Shown piece after piece: positions 12,926-26,000 of a stretch of DNA of 64,000 nt (position 1 is its first letter; every line of letters begins with the position of its first letter). The position numbers were made by a program, and so were the translations under genes. The notes beneath the pieces were generated by a model. The model saw only the letters and a list, made by a program, of their open reading frames with translations. It made no database searches and was not told where the DNA came from. The DNA is taken from assembly GCA_964016885.1 (NCBI GenBank), contig CAXHJY010000096.1, positions 248,001-312,000 on the forward strand. Reading direction: 5' to 3'. This stretch comes from Eledone cirrhosa (lineage: Eukaryota).

Positions 12926-14769
12926 CAGGGGGAGATAATTTGTAAAAAAAAATCAGAGGGAGATAATTTGTAAAAAAAATCAAGGGGAGATAATTTCCAG
13001 CCGTGCAAGGGGAGATAATTTCCAGCCGTCCAAGGGGAGATAATTTACATCCTTCCAAGGGGAGATAATTTCCAGCCGTCCAAGGGGAGATAGTTTCCCG
13101 CCAGCCAAGGGAAGATAATTTTTAAAAAAATCAGGGGGAGATAATTTGTAAAAAAAAAATCAGGGGGAGATAATTTGTAAAAAAAAATCAAGGGGAGATA
13201 ATTTGTAAAAAAAATCAGGGGGAGATAATTTGTAAAAAAAATCAGGGGGAGATAATTTGTAAAAAAATCAGGGGGAGACAATTTGTAAAAAAAAATCAGG
13301 GGGAGATAATTTGTAAAAAAAAATCAAGGGGAGATAATTTTTAAAAAAAAATCAGGGGGAGATAATTTGTAAAAAAAAATCAGGGGGAGATAATTTGTAA
13401 AAAAAATCAAGGGGAGATAATTTGCAGCCGTCGAAGGGGAGATAATTTTCAGCCGTCCAAGGAGAGATAATTTCTAGCCGTCCAAGGGGAGATAATTTCC
13501 AGCCGTCCAAGGGGAGATAATTTCCAGCCGTCCAAGGGGAGATAATTTTTTTTAAAAAATCAAGCGGAGATAATTTGTAAAAAAAAATCAGGGGGAGATA
13601 ATTTGTAAAAAAAAATCAGGGGGAGATAATTTGTAAAAAAAATCAAGGGGAGATAATTTCCAGCCGTCCAAGGGAAGATAATTTCCAGCCGTCCAAGGGA
13701 AGATAATTTCCAGCCCTCCAAGGGGCTATAATTTCCAGCGTCCAAGGGGAGATAATTTCCAGCAAGCGAAGGGGAGATAATTTTTTTTTTTTAAATCAGG
13801 GGGAGATAATTTGTAAAAAAAATCAGGGGGAGATAATTTGTAAAAAAAAATCAGGGGGAGATAATTTGTAAAAAAAAATCAGGGGGAGATAATTTGTAAA
13901 AAAAATCAAAGGGAGATAATTTCCAGCCGTGCAAGGGGAGATAATTTCCAGCCGTCCAAGGGGAGATAATTTACATCCTTCCAAGGGGAGATAATTTCCA
14001 GCCGTCCAAGGGGAGATAATTTCCCGCCAGCCAAGGGAAGATAATTTTTAAAAAAATCAGGGGGAGATAATTTGTAAAAAAAAAATCAGGGGGAGATAAT
14101 TTGTAAAAAAAAATCAAGGGGAGATAATTTGTAAAAAAAATCAGGGGGAGATAATTTGTAAAAAAAATCAGGGGGAGATAATTTGTAAAAAAATCAGGGG
14201 GAGATAATTTGTAAAAAAAAAATCAGGGGGAGATAATTTGTAAAAAAAAATCAAGGGGAGATAATTTGTAAAAAAAAATCAGGGGGAGATAATTTGTAAA
14301 AAAAATCAGGGGGAGATAATTTGTAAAAAAATCAGGGGGAGATAATTTGTAAAAAAAAATCAGGGGGAGATAATTTGTAAAAAAAAATCAGGGGGAGATA
14401 ATTTGTAAAAAAAATCAGGGGGAGATAATTTGTAAAAAAAATCAGGGGGAGATAATTTGTAAAAAAAATCAAGGGGAGATAATTTGCAGCCGTCCAAGGG
14501 GAGATAATTTTCAGCCGTCCAAGGAGAGGTAATTTCTAGCCGTCCAAGGGGAGATAATTTCCAGCCGTCCAAGGGGAGATAATTTCCAGCCGTCCAAGGG
14601 GAGATAATTTTTTTTTAAAAATCAGGCGGAGATAATTTGTAAAAAAAAAAATCAGGGGGAGATAATTTGTAAAAAAAAATCAGGGGGAGATAATTTGTAA
14701 AAAAAAATCAGGGGGAGATAATTTGTAAAAAAAATCAAGGGGAGATAATTTGCAGCCGTCCAAGGGGAG

Positions 14770-15750
14770 ATAATTTTCAGCCGTCCAAGGAGAGGTAATT
14801 TCTAGCCGTCCAAGGGGAGATAAATTCCAGCCTCCAAGGGGAGATAATTTCCAGCCAGCCAAGGGGAGATAATTTGTAAAAAAATCAGGGGGAGATAATT
14901 TGTAAAAAAAATCAGGGGGAGATAATTTGTAACAAAAAATCAGGGGGAGATAATTTGTAAAAAAAAATCAGGGGGAGATAATTTGTAAAAAAAATCAGGG
15001 GGAGATAATTTGTAAAGAAAATCAAGGGGAGTTAATTTCCAGCCGTCCAAGGGGAGATAATTTTCATCCGTCCAAGGATAGGTAATTTCTAGCCGTCCAA
15101 GGAGAGATAATTTCCAGCCGTCCAAGGGGAGATAATTTCCAGCCGTCCAAGGGGAGATAATTTTTTTAAAAAAATCAGGCGGAGATAAGTTGTAAAAAAA
15201 ATCAGGGGGAGATAATTTGTAAAAAAAAATCAGGGGGAGATAATTTGTAAAAAAAAATCAGGGGGAGATAATTTGTAAAAAAAATCAAGAGAAGATAATT
15301 TCCAGCCGTCCAAGGGAAGATAATTTCCAGCCCTCCAAGGGGCTATAATTTCCAGCGTCCAAGGGGAGATAATTTCCAGCCAGCGAAGGGGAGATAATTT
15401 TAAAAAAAAAATCAGTGGGAGATTTGTAAAAAAAATCAGGGGGAGATAATTTGTAAAAAAAATCAAGGGGAGATAATTTCCAGCCGTCCAAGGGGAGATA
15501 ATTTCCAGCCAAGGGGAGATAATTTCCAGCCGTCCAAGGGAAGATAATATTTAAAAAAATCAGGCGGAGATAATTTGTAAAAAAAATCAGGGGGAGATAA
15601 TTTGTAAAAAAATCAGGGGGAGATAATTTGTAAAAGAAAAATCAGGGGGAGATAATTTGTAAAAAAAATCAGGGGGAGATAATTTGTAAAAAAAATCAGG
15701 GGTAGATAATTTGTAAAAAAAAATCAGGGGGAGATAATTTGTAAAAAAAA
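14770..15750 (+). repeat. ~1 kb variant-rich block with a direct copy at ~60,720-61,700 (offset 45,948 bp)
   Basis: Markers seen only at these two places: GGGGAGTTAATTTCC (~15026/~60974), TTTTCATCCGTCCAAGGATAGG, TCAAGAGAAG, TCAGTGGGAGATTTG; ORF offsets 14940/60888 and 15230/61178. Confidence 0.88.
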
Positions 15751-15779
15751 ATCAGGGGGAGATAATTTGTAAAAAAAAT

Positions 15780-18700
15780 CAAGGGGAGATAATTTGCAGC
15801 CGTCCAAGGGGAGATAATTTTCAGCCGTCCAAGGAGAGATAATTTCTAGCCGTCCAAGGGGAGATAATTTCCAGCCGTCCAAGGGGAGATAATTTCCAGC
15901 CGTCCAAGGGGAGATAATTTTTTTTAAAAAATCAAGCGGAGATAATTTGTAAAAAAAAAATCAGGGGGAGATAATTTGTAAAAAAAAATCAGGGGGAGAT
16001 AATTTGTAAAAAAAAATCAGGGGGAGATAATTTGTAAAAAAAATCAAGGGGAGATAATTTCCAGCCGTCCAAGGGAAGATAATTTCCAGCCGTCCAAGGG
16101 AAGATAATTTCCAGCCCTCCAAGGGGCTATAATTTCCAGCGTCCAAGGGGAGATAATTTCCAGCCAGCGAAGGGGAGATAATTTTTTTTTAAAAAATCAG
16201 GGGGAGATAATTTGTAAAAAAAATCAGGGGGAGATAATTTGTAAAAAAAAATCAGGGGGAGATAATTTGTAAAAAAAAATCAGGGGGAGATAATTTGTAA
16301 AAAAAATCAAGGGGAGATAATTTCCAGCCGTGCAAGGGGAGATAATTTCCAGCCGTCCAAGGGGAGATAATTTACATCCTTCCAAGGGGAGATAATTTCC
16401 AGCCGTCCAAGGGGAGATATTTTCCCGCCAGCCAAGGGAAGATAATTTTTAAAAAAAATCAGGGGGAGATAATTTGTAAAAAAAAAATCAGGGGGAGATA
16501 ATTTGTAAAAAAAAATCAAGGGGAGATAATTTGTAAAAAAAATCAGGGGGAGATAATTTGTAAAAAAAATCAGGGGGAGATAATTTGTAAAAAAATCAGG
16601 GGGAGATAATTTGTAAAAAAAAATCAGGGGGAGATAATTTGTAAAAAAAAATCAAGGGGAGATAATTTGTAAAAAAAAATCAGGGGGAGATAATTTGTAA
16701 AAAAAAATCAGGGGGAGATAATTTGTAAAAAAAATCAAGGGGAGATAATTTGCAGCCGTCGAAGGGGAGATAATTTTCAGCCGTCCAAGGAGAGATAATT
16801 TCTAGCCGTCCAAGGGGAGATAATTTCCAGCCGTCCAAGGGGAGATAATTTCCAGCCGTCCAAGGGGAGATAATTTTTTTTAAAAAATCAAGCGGAGATA
16901 ATTTGTAAAAAAAAAATCAGGGGGAGATAATTTGTAAAAAAAAATCAGGGGGAGATAATTTGTAAAAAAAAATCAGGGGGAGATAATTTGTAAAAAAAAT
17001 CAAGGGGAGATAATTTCCAGCCGTCCAAGGGAAGATAATTTCCAGCCGTCCAAGGGAAGATAATTTCCAGCCCTCCAAGGGGCTATAATTTCCAGCGTCC
17101 AAGGGGAGATAATTTCCAGCCAGCGAAGGGGAGATAATTTTTTTTTATAAAATCAGGGGGAGATAATTTGTAAAAAAAATCAGGGGGAGATAATTTGTAA
17201 AAAAAAATCAGGGGGAGATAATTTGTAAAAAAAAATCAGGGGGAGATAATTTGTAAAAAAAATCAAGGGGAGATAATTTCCAGCCGTGCAAGGGGAGATA
17301 ATTTCCAGCCGTCCAAGGGGAGATAATTTACATCCTTCCAAGGGGAGATAATTTCCAGCCGTCCAAGGGGAGATAATTTCCCGCCAGCCAAGGGAAGATA
17401 ATTTTTAAAAAAATCAGGGGGAGATAATTTGTAAAAAAAAAATCAGGGGGAGATAATTTGTAAAAAAAAATCAAGGGGAGATAATTTGTAAAAAAAATCA
17501 GGGGGAGATAATTTGTAAAAAAAATCAGGGGGAGATAATTTGTAAAAAAATCAGGGGGAGATAATTTGTAAAAAAAAAATCAAGGGGAGATAATTTGTAA
17601 AAAAAAATCAGGGGGAGATAATTTGTAAAAAAAATCAGGGGGAGATAATTTGTAAAAAAAATCAGGGGGAGATAATTTGTAAAAAAAAATCAGGGGGAGA
17701 TAATTTGTAAAAAAAAATCAGGCGGAGATAATTTGTAAAAAAAATCAGGGGGAGATAATTTGTAAAAAAAATCAGGGGGAGATAATTTGTAAAAAAAATC
17801 AAGGGGAGATAATTTGCAGCCGTCCAAGGGGAGATAATTTTCAGCCGTCCAAGGAGAGGTAATTTCTAGCCGTCCAAGGGGAGATAATTTCCAGCCGTCC
17901 AAGGGGAGATAATTTCCAGCCGTCCAAGGGGAGATAATTTTTTTTAAAAAATCAAGCGGAGATAATTTGTAAAAAAAAAATCAGGGGGAGATAATTTGTA
18001 AAAAAAAATGAGATAATTTGTAAAAAAAAAATCAGGGGGAGATAATTTGTAAAAAAAAATCAGGGGGAGATAATTTGTAAAAAAAAATCAGGGGGAGATA
18101 ATTTGTAAAAAAAATCAAGGGGAGATAATTTCCAGCCGTCCAAGGGAAGATAATTTCCAGCCGTCCAAGGGAAGATAATTTCCAGCCCTCCAAGGGGCTA
18201 TAATTTCCAGCGTCCAAGGGGAGATAATTTCCAGCCAGCGAAGGGGAGATAATTTTTTTTTAATAATCAGGGGGAGATAATTTGTAAAAAAAATCAGGGG
18301 GAGATAATTTGTAAAAAAAAATCAGGGGGAGATAATTTGTAAAAAAAAATCAGGGGGAGATAATTTGTAAAAAAAATCAAGGGGAGATAATTTCCAGCCG
18401 TGCAAGGGGAGATAATTTCCAGCCGTCCAAGGGGAGATAATTTACATCCTTCCAAGGGGAGATAATTTCCAGCCGTCCAAGGGGAGATAATTTCCCGCCA
18501 GCCAAGGGAAGATAATTTTTAAAAAAATCAGGGGGAGATAATTTGTAAAAAAAAAATCAGGGGGAGATAATTTGTAAAAAAAAATCAAGGGGAGATAATT
18601 TGTAAAAAAAATCAGGGGGAGATAATTTGTAAAAAAAATCAGGGGGAGATAATTTGTAAAAAAATCAGGGGGAGATAATTTGTAAAAAAAAATCAGGGGG

Positions 18701-20050
18701 AGATAATTTATAAAAAAAAATCAAGGGGAGATAATTTGTAAAAAAAAATCAGGGGGAGATAATTTGTAAAAAAAATCAGGGGGAGATAATTTGTAAAAAA
18801 AATCAAGGGGAGATAATTTGCAGCCGTCGAAGGGGAGATAATTTTCAGCCGTCCAAGGAGAGATAATTTCTAGCCGTCCAAGGGGAGATAATTTCCAGCC
18901 GTCCAAGGGGAGATAATTTCCAGCCGTCCAAGGGGAGATAATTTTTTTTAAAAAATCAAGCGGAGATAATTTGTAAAAAAAAAATCAGGGGGAGATAATT
19001 TGTAAAAAAAAATCAGGGGGAGATAATTTGTAAAAAAAAATCAGGGGGAGATAATTTGTAAAAAAAATCAAGGGGAGATAATTTCCAGCCGTCCAAGGGA
19101 AGATAATTTCCAGCCGTCCAAGGGAAGATAATTTCCAGCCCTCCAAGGGGCTATAATTTCCAGCGTCCAAGGGGAGATAATTTCCAGCCAGCGAAGGGGA
19201 GATAATTTTTTTTTATAAAATCAGGGGGAGATAATTTGTAAAAAAAATCAGGGGGAGATAATTTGTAAAAAAAAATCAGGGGGAGATAATTTGTAAAAAA
19301 AAATCAGGGGGAGATAATTTGTAAAAAAAATCAAGGGGAGATAATTTCCAGCCGTGCAAGGGGAGATAATTTCCAGCCGTCCAAGGGGAGATAATTTACA
19401 TCCTTCCAAGGGGAGATAATTTCCAGCCGTCCAAGGGGAGATAATTTCCCGCCAGCCAAGGGAAGATAATTTTTAAAAAAATCAGGGGGAGATAATTTGT
19501 AAAAAAAAAATCAGGGGGAGATAATTTGTAAAAAAAAATCAAGGGGAGATAATTTGTAAAAAAAATCAGGGGGAGATAATTTGTAAAAAAAATCAGGGGG
19601 AGATAATTTGTAAAAAAATCAGGGGGAGATAATTTGTAAAAAAAAAATCAGGGGGAGATAATTTGTAAAAAAAAATCAAGGGGAGATAATTTGTAAAAAA
19701 AAATCAGGGGGAGATAATTTGTAAAAAAAATCAGGGGGAGATAATTTGTAAAAAAAATCAGGGGGAGATAATTTGTAAAAAAAAATCAGGGGGAGATAAT
19801 TTGTAAAAAAAAATCAGGGGGAGATAATTTGTAAAAAAAATCAGGGGGAGATAATTTGTAAAAAAAATCAGGGGGAGATAATTTGTAAAAAAAATCAAGG
19901 GGAGATAATTTGCAGCCGTCCAAGGGGAGATAATTTTCAGCCGTCCAAGGAGAGGTAATTTCTAGCCGTCCAAGGGGAGATAATTTCCAGCCGTCCAAGG
20001 GGAGATAATTTCCAGCCGTCCAAGGGGAGATAATTTTTTTTTAAAAATCA
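15780..20050 (+). repeat. Tandem ~955-1,115 bp higher-order repeat, about 4 copies
   Basis: Identical ORF-track units start at 15961, 16917, 18032, 18985; each period holds three fixed B cassettes (GCAGCC..., GGGGCTATAA..., GTGCAA/TACATCCTTCC...) separated by A runs. Confidence 0.88.
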
Positions 20051-23000
20051 GGCGGAGATAATTTGTAAAAAAAAAAATCAGGGGGAGATAATTTGTAAAA
20101 AAAAATCAGGGGGAGATAATTTGTAAAAAAAAATCAGGGGGAGATAATTTGTAAAAAAAATCAAGGGGAGATAATTTCCAGCCGTCCAAGGGAAGATAAT
20201 TTCCAGCCCTCCAAGGGGCTATAATTTCCAGCGTCCAAGGGGAGATAATTTCCAGCCAGCGAAGGGGAGATAATTTTTTTTTTAAAAATCATGCGGGGAT
20301 AATTTGTAAAAAAAATCAGGGGGAGATAATTTGTAAAAAAAATCAAGGGGAGATAATTTCCAGCCGTCCAAAGAGAGATAATTTCTAGCCGTCCAAGGGG
20401 AGATAATTTCCAGCCGTCCAAGGGGAGATAATTTCCCGCCAGCCAAGGGAAGATAATTTTTTAAAAAATCAGGCGGAGATTGTAAAAAAAATCAGGGGGA
20501 GATAATTTGTAAAAAAATCAGGGGGAGATAATTTGTAAAAAAAAAATCAGGGGGAGATAATTTGTAAAAAAAAATCAGAGGGAGATAATTTGTAAAAAAA
20601 AATCAGGGGGAGATAATTTGTAAAAAAAATCAGGGGTAGATAATTTGTAAAAAAAATCAGGGGGAGATAATTTGTAAAAAAAAATCAGGGGGAGATAATT
20701 TGTAAAAAAAATCAAGGGGAGATAATTTCCAGCCGTCCAAGGGAAGATAATTTCCAGCCGTCCAAGGGAAGATAATTTCCAGCCCTCCAAGGGGCTATAA
20801 TTTCCAGCGTCCAAGGGGAGATAATTTCCAGCCAGCGAAGGGGAGATAATTTTTTTTTAAAAAATCATGCGGGGATAATTTGTAAAAAAAATCAGGGGGA
20901 GATAATTTGTAAAAAAAATCAAGGGGAGATAATTTCCAGCCGTCCAAAGAGAGATAATTTCTAGCCGTCCAAGGGGAGATAATTTCCAGCCGTCCAAGGG
21001 GAGATAATTTCCCGCCAGCCAAAGGAAGATAATTTTTTAAAAAATCAGGCGGAGATTGTAAAAAAAATCAGGGGGAGATAATTTGTAAAAAAAATCAGGG
21101 GGAGATAATTTGTAAAAAAAATCAGGGGGAGATAATTTGTAAAAAAAATCAGGGGGAGATAATTTGTAAAAAAAAATCAGGGGGAGATAATTTGTAAAAA
21201 AAATCAGGGGGAGATAATTTGTAAAAAAAATCAGGGGGAGATAATTTGTAAAAAAAATCAAGGGGAGATAATTTGCAGCCGTCCAAGGGGAGATAATTTT
21301 CAGCCGTCCAAGGAGAGGTAATTTCTAGCCGTCCAAGGGGAGATAATTTCCAGCCGTCCAAGGGGAGATAATTTCCAGCCGTTCAAGGGGAGATAATTTT
21401 TTTAAAAAAATCAGGCGGAGATAATTTGTAAAAAAAAAATCAGGGGGAGATAATTTGTAAAAAAAAATCAGTGGGAGATAATTTGTAAAAAAAAATCAGG
21501 GGGAGATAATTTGTAAAAAAAAATCAGGGGGAGATAATTTGTAAAAAAATCAAGGGGAGATAATTTCCAGCCGGCCAAGGGGAGATAATTTTCAGCCGTC
21601 CAAGGAGAGGTAATTTCTAGCCGTCCAAGGGGAGATAATTTCCAGCCGTCCAAGGGGAGATAATTTCCAGCCGTCCAAGGGGAGATAATTTCCAGCCGTC
21701 CAAGGAGACATATTTTCCAGCCGTCCAAGGAGAGGTAATTTCTAGCCGTCCAAGGGGAGATAAATTCCTGCCTCCAAGGGGAGATAATTTCCAGCCAGCC
21801 AAGGGGAGATAATTTGTAAAAAAATCAGGGGGAGATAATTTGTAAAAAAAATCAGGGGGAGATAATTTGTAAAAAAAAATCAGGGGGAGATAATTTGTAA
21901 AAAAAAATCAGGGGAGATAATTTGTAAAAAAAATCAGGGGAAGATAATTTGTAAAAAAAATCAAGGGGAGATAATTTCCAGCCGTCCAAGGGGAGATAAT
22001 TTTCAGCCGTCCAAGGAGAGGTAATTTCTAGCCGTCCAAGGAGAGATAATTTCCAGCCGTCCAAGGGGAGATAATTTCCAGCCGTCCAAGGGGAGATGAT
22101 TTTTTAAAAAAAATCAGGCGGAGATAAGTTGTAAAAAAAAATCAGGGGGAGATAATTTGTAAAAAAAAATCAGGGGGAGATAATTTGTAAAAAAAAATCA
22201 GGGGGAGATAATTTGTAAAAAAAATCAAGGGGAGATAATTTCCAGCCGTCCAAGGGAAGATAATTTCCAGCCCTCCAAGGGGCTATAATTTCCAGCGTCC
22301 AAGGGGAGATAATTTCCAGCCAGCGAAGGGGAGATAATTTTTTAAAAAAAATCACTGGGATATTTGTAAAAAAAATCAGGGGGAGATAATTTGTAAAAAA
22401 AATCAAGGGGAGATAATTTCCAGCCGTCCAAAGAGAGATAATTTCTAGCCGTCCAAGGGGAGATAATTTCCAGCCTTCCAAGGGGAGATAATTTTTTAAA
22501 AAATCAGGTGGAGATAATTTGTAAAAAAAATCAGTGGAAGATAATTTGTAAAAACAAAATCAAGGGCAGATAATTTCCAGCCGTCCAAGGGGAGATAATT
22601 TCCCGCCAGCCAAGGGAAGATAATATTTAAAAAAATCAGGCGGAGATAATTTGTAAAAAAAATCAGGGGGAGATAATTTGTAAAAAAATCAGGGGGAGAT
22701 AATTTGTAAAAGAAAAATCAGGGGGAGATAATTTGTAAAAAAATCAGGGGGAGATAATTTGTAAAAAAAATCAGGGGTAGATAATTTGTAAAAAAAAATC
22801 AGGGGGAGATAATTTGTAAAAAAAAATCAGGGGGAGATAATTTGTAAAAAAAATCAAGGGGAGATAATTTGCAGCCGTCCAAGGGGAGATAATTTTCAGC
22901 CGTCCAAGGAGAGATAATTTCTAGCCGTCCAAGGGGAGATAATTTCCAGCCGTCCAAGGGGAGATAATTTCCAGCCGTCCAAGGGGAGATAATTTTTTTT

Positions 23001-26000
23001 AAAAAATCAAGCGGAGATAATTTGTAAAAAAAAAATCAGGGGGAGATAATTTGTAAAAAAAAATCAGGGGGAGATAATTTGTAAAAAAAAATCAGGGGGA
23101 GATAATTTGTAAAAAAAATCAAGGGGAGATAATTTCCAGCCGTCCAAGGGAAGATAATTTCCAGCCGTCCAAGGGAAGATAATTTCCAGCCCTCCAAGGG
23201 GCTATAATTTCCAGCGTCCAAGGGGAGATAATTTCCAGCCAGCGAAGGGGAGATAATTTTTTTTTTAAAAATCAGGGGGAGATAATTTGTAAAAAAAATC
23301 AGGGGGAGATAATTTGTAAAAAAAAATCAGGGGGAGATAATTTGTAAAAAAAAATCAGGGGGAGATAATTTGTAAAAAAAATCAAGGGGAGATAATTTCA
23401 AGCCGTGCAAGGGGAGATAATTTCCAGCCGTCCAAGGGGAGATAATTTACATCCTTCCAAGGAGAGATAATTTCCCGCCAGCCAAGGGAAGATAATTTTT
23501 AAAAAAATCAGGGGGAGATAATTTGTAAAAAAAAAATCAGGGGGAGATAATTTGTAAAAAAAAATCAAGGGGAGATAATTTGTAAAAAAAATCAGGGGGA
23601 GATAATTTGTAAAAAAAAAATCAGGGGGAGATAATTTGTAAAAAAAAATCAAGGGGAGATAATTTGTAAAAAAAATCAGGGGGAGATAATTTGTAAAAAA
23701 AATCAGGGGGAGATAATTTGTAAAAAAATCAGGGGGAGATAATTTGTAAAAAAAAATCAGGGGGAGATAATTTGTAAAAAAAATCAAGGGGAGATAATTT
23801 GTAAAAAAAAATCAGGGGGAGATAATTTGTAAAAAAAATCAAGGGGAGATAATTTGCAGCCGTCCAAGGGGAGATAATTTTCAGCCGTCCAAGGAGAGAT
23901 AATTTCTAGCCGTCCAAGGGGAGATAATTTCCAGCCGTCCAAGGGGAGATAATTTCCAGCCGTCCAAGGGGAGATAATTTTTTTTAAAAAATCAAGCGGA
24001 GATAATTTGTAAAAAAAAAATCAGGGGGAGATAATTTGTAAAAAAAAATCAGGGGGAGATAATTTGTAAAAAAAAATCAGGGGGAGATAATTTGTAAAAA
24101 AAATCAAGGGGAGATAATTTCCAGCCGTCCAAGGGAAGATAATTTCCAGCCGTCCAAGGGAAGATAATTTCCAGCCCTCCAAGGGGCTATAATTTCCAGC
24201 GTCCAAGGGGAGATAATTTCCAGCCAGCGAAGGGGAGATAATTTTTTTTTTTTAAATCAGGGGGAGATAATTTGTAAAAAAAATCAGGGGGAGATAATTT
24301 GTAAAAAAAAATCAGGGGGAGATAATTTGTAAAAAAAAATCAGGGGGAGATAATTTGTAAAAAAAATCAAAGGGAGATAATTTCCAGCCGTGCAAGGGGA
24401 GATAATTTCAAGCCGTCCAAGGGGAGATAATTTACATCCTTCCAAGGGGAGATAATTTCCAGCCGTCCAAGGGGAGATAATTTCCCGCCAGCCAAGGGAA
24501 GATAATTTTTAAAAAAATCAGGGGGAGATAATTTGTAAAAAAAAAATCAGGGGGAGATAATTTGTAAAAAAAAATCAAGGGGAGATAATTTGTAAAAAAA
24601 ATCAGGGGGAGATAATTTGTAAAAAAAATCAGGGGGAGATAATTTGTAAAAAAATCAGGGGGAGATAATTTGTAAAAAAAAAATCAGGGGGAGATAATTT
24701 GTAAAAAAAAATCAAGGGGAGATAATTTGTAAAAAAAAATCAGGGGGAGATAATTTGTAAAAAAAATCAGGGGGAGATAATTTGTAAAAAAATCAGGGGG
24801 AGATAATTTGTAAAAAAAAATCAGGGGGAGATAATTTGTAAAAAAAAATCAGGGGGAGATAATTTGTAAAAAAAATCAGGGGGAGATAATTTGTAAAAAA
24901 AATCAGGGGGAGATAATTTGTAAAAAAAATCAAGGGGAGATAATTTGCAGCCGTCCAAGGGAAGATAATTTTCAGCCGTCCAAGGAGAGGTAATTTCTAG
25001 CCGTCCAAGGGGAGATAATTTCCAGCCGTCCAAGGGGAGATAATTTCCAGCCGTCCAAGGGGAGATAATTTTTTTTTTAAAATCAGGCGGAGATAATTTG
25101 TAAAAAAAAAAATCAGGGGGAGATAATTTGTAAAAAAAAATCAGGGGGAGATAATTTGTAAAAAAAAATCAGGGGGAGATAATTTGTAAAAAAAATCAAG
25201 GGGAGATAATTTCCAGCCGTCCAAGGGAAGATAATTTCCAGCCCTCCAAGGGGCTATAATTTCCAGCGTCCAAGGGGAGATAATTTCCAGCCAGCGAAGG
25301 GGAGATAATTTTTTTTTTAAAAATCATGCGGGGATAATTTGTAAAAAAAATCAGGGGGAGATAATTTGTAAAAAAAATCAAGGGGAGATAATTTCCAGCC
25401 GTCCAAAGAGAGATAATTTCTAGCCGTCCAAGGGGAGATAATTTCCAGCCGTCCAAGGGCAGATAATTTCCCGCCAGCCAAGGGAAGATAATTTTTTAAA
25501 AAATCAGGCGGAGATTGTAAAAAAAATCAGGGGGAGATAATTTGTAAAAAAATCAGGGGGAGATAATTTGTAAAAAAAAAATCAGGGGGAGATAATTTGT
25601 AAAAAAAAATCAGAGGGAGGTAATTTGTAAAAAAAAATCAGGGGGAGATAATTTGTAAAAAAAATCAGGGGTAGATAATTTGTAAAAAAAATCAGGGGGA
25701 GATAATTTGTAAAAAAAAATCAGGGGGAGATAATTTGTAAAAAAAATCAAGGGGAGATAATTTCCAGCCGTCCAAGGGAAGATAATTTCCAGCCGTCCAA
25801 GGGAAGATAATTTCCAGCCCTCCAAGGGGCTATAATTTCCAGCGTCCAAGGGGAGATAATTTCCAGCCAGCGAAGGGGAGATAATTTTTTTTTTAAAAAT
25901 CAGGGGTAGATAATTTTTAAAAAAAATCAGGGGGAGATAATTTGTAAAAAAAAATCAGGGGGAGATAATTTGTAAAAAAAATCAGGGGGAGATAATTTGT

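Larger units (their letters stand above)
8665..13580 (+). repeat. ~4.9 kb block duplicated at ~38,060-43,210
   Basis: ORF-track offsets 8663/38058 (29,395), then 10402/40034, 10841/40473, 11169/40801, 12051/41683, 12343/41975, 12634/42266 (all 29,632); markers TAAAAAGAAATC (~9731/~39363) and TCGAAG (13431/43063). Confidence 0.85.
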
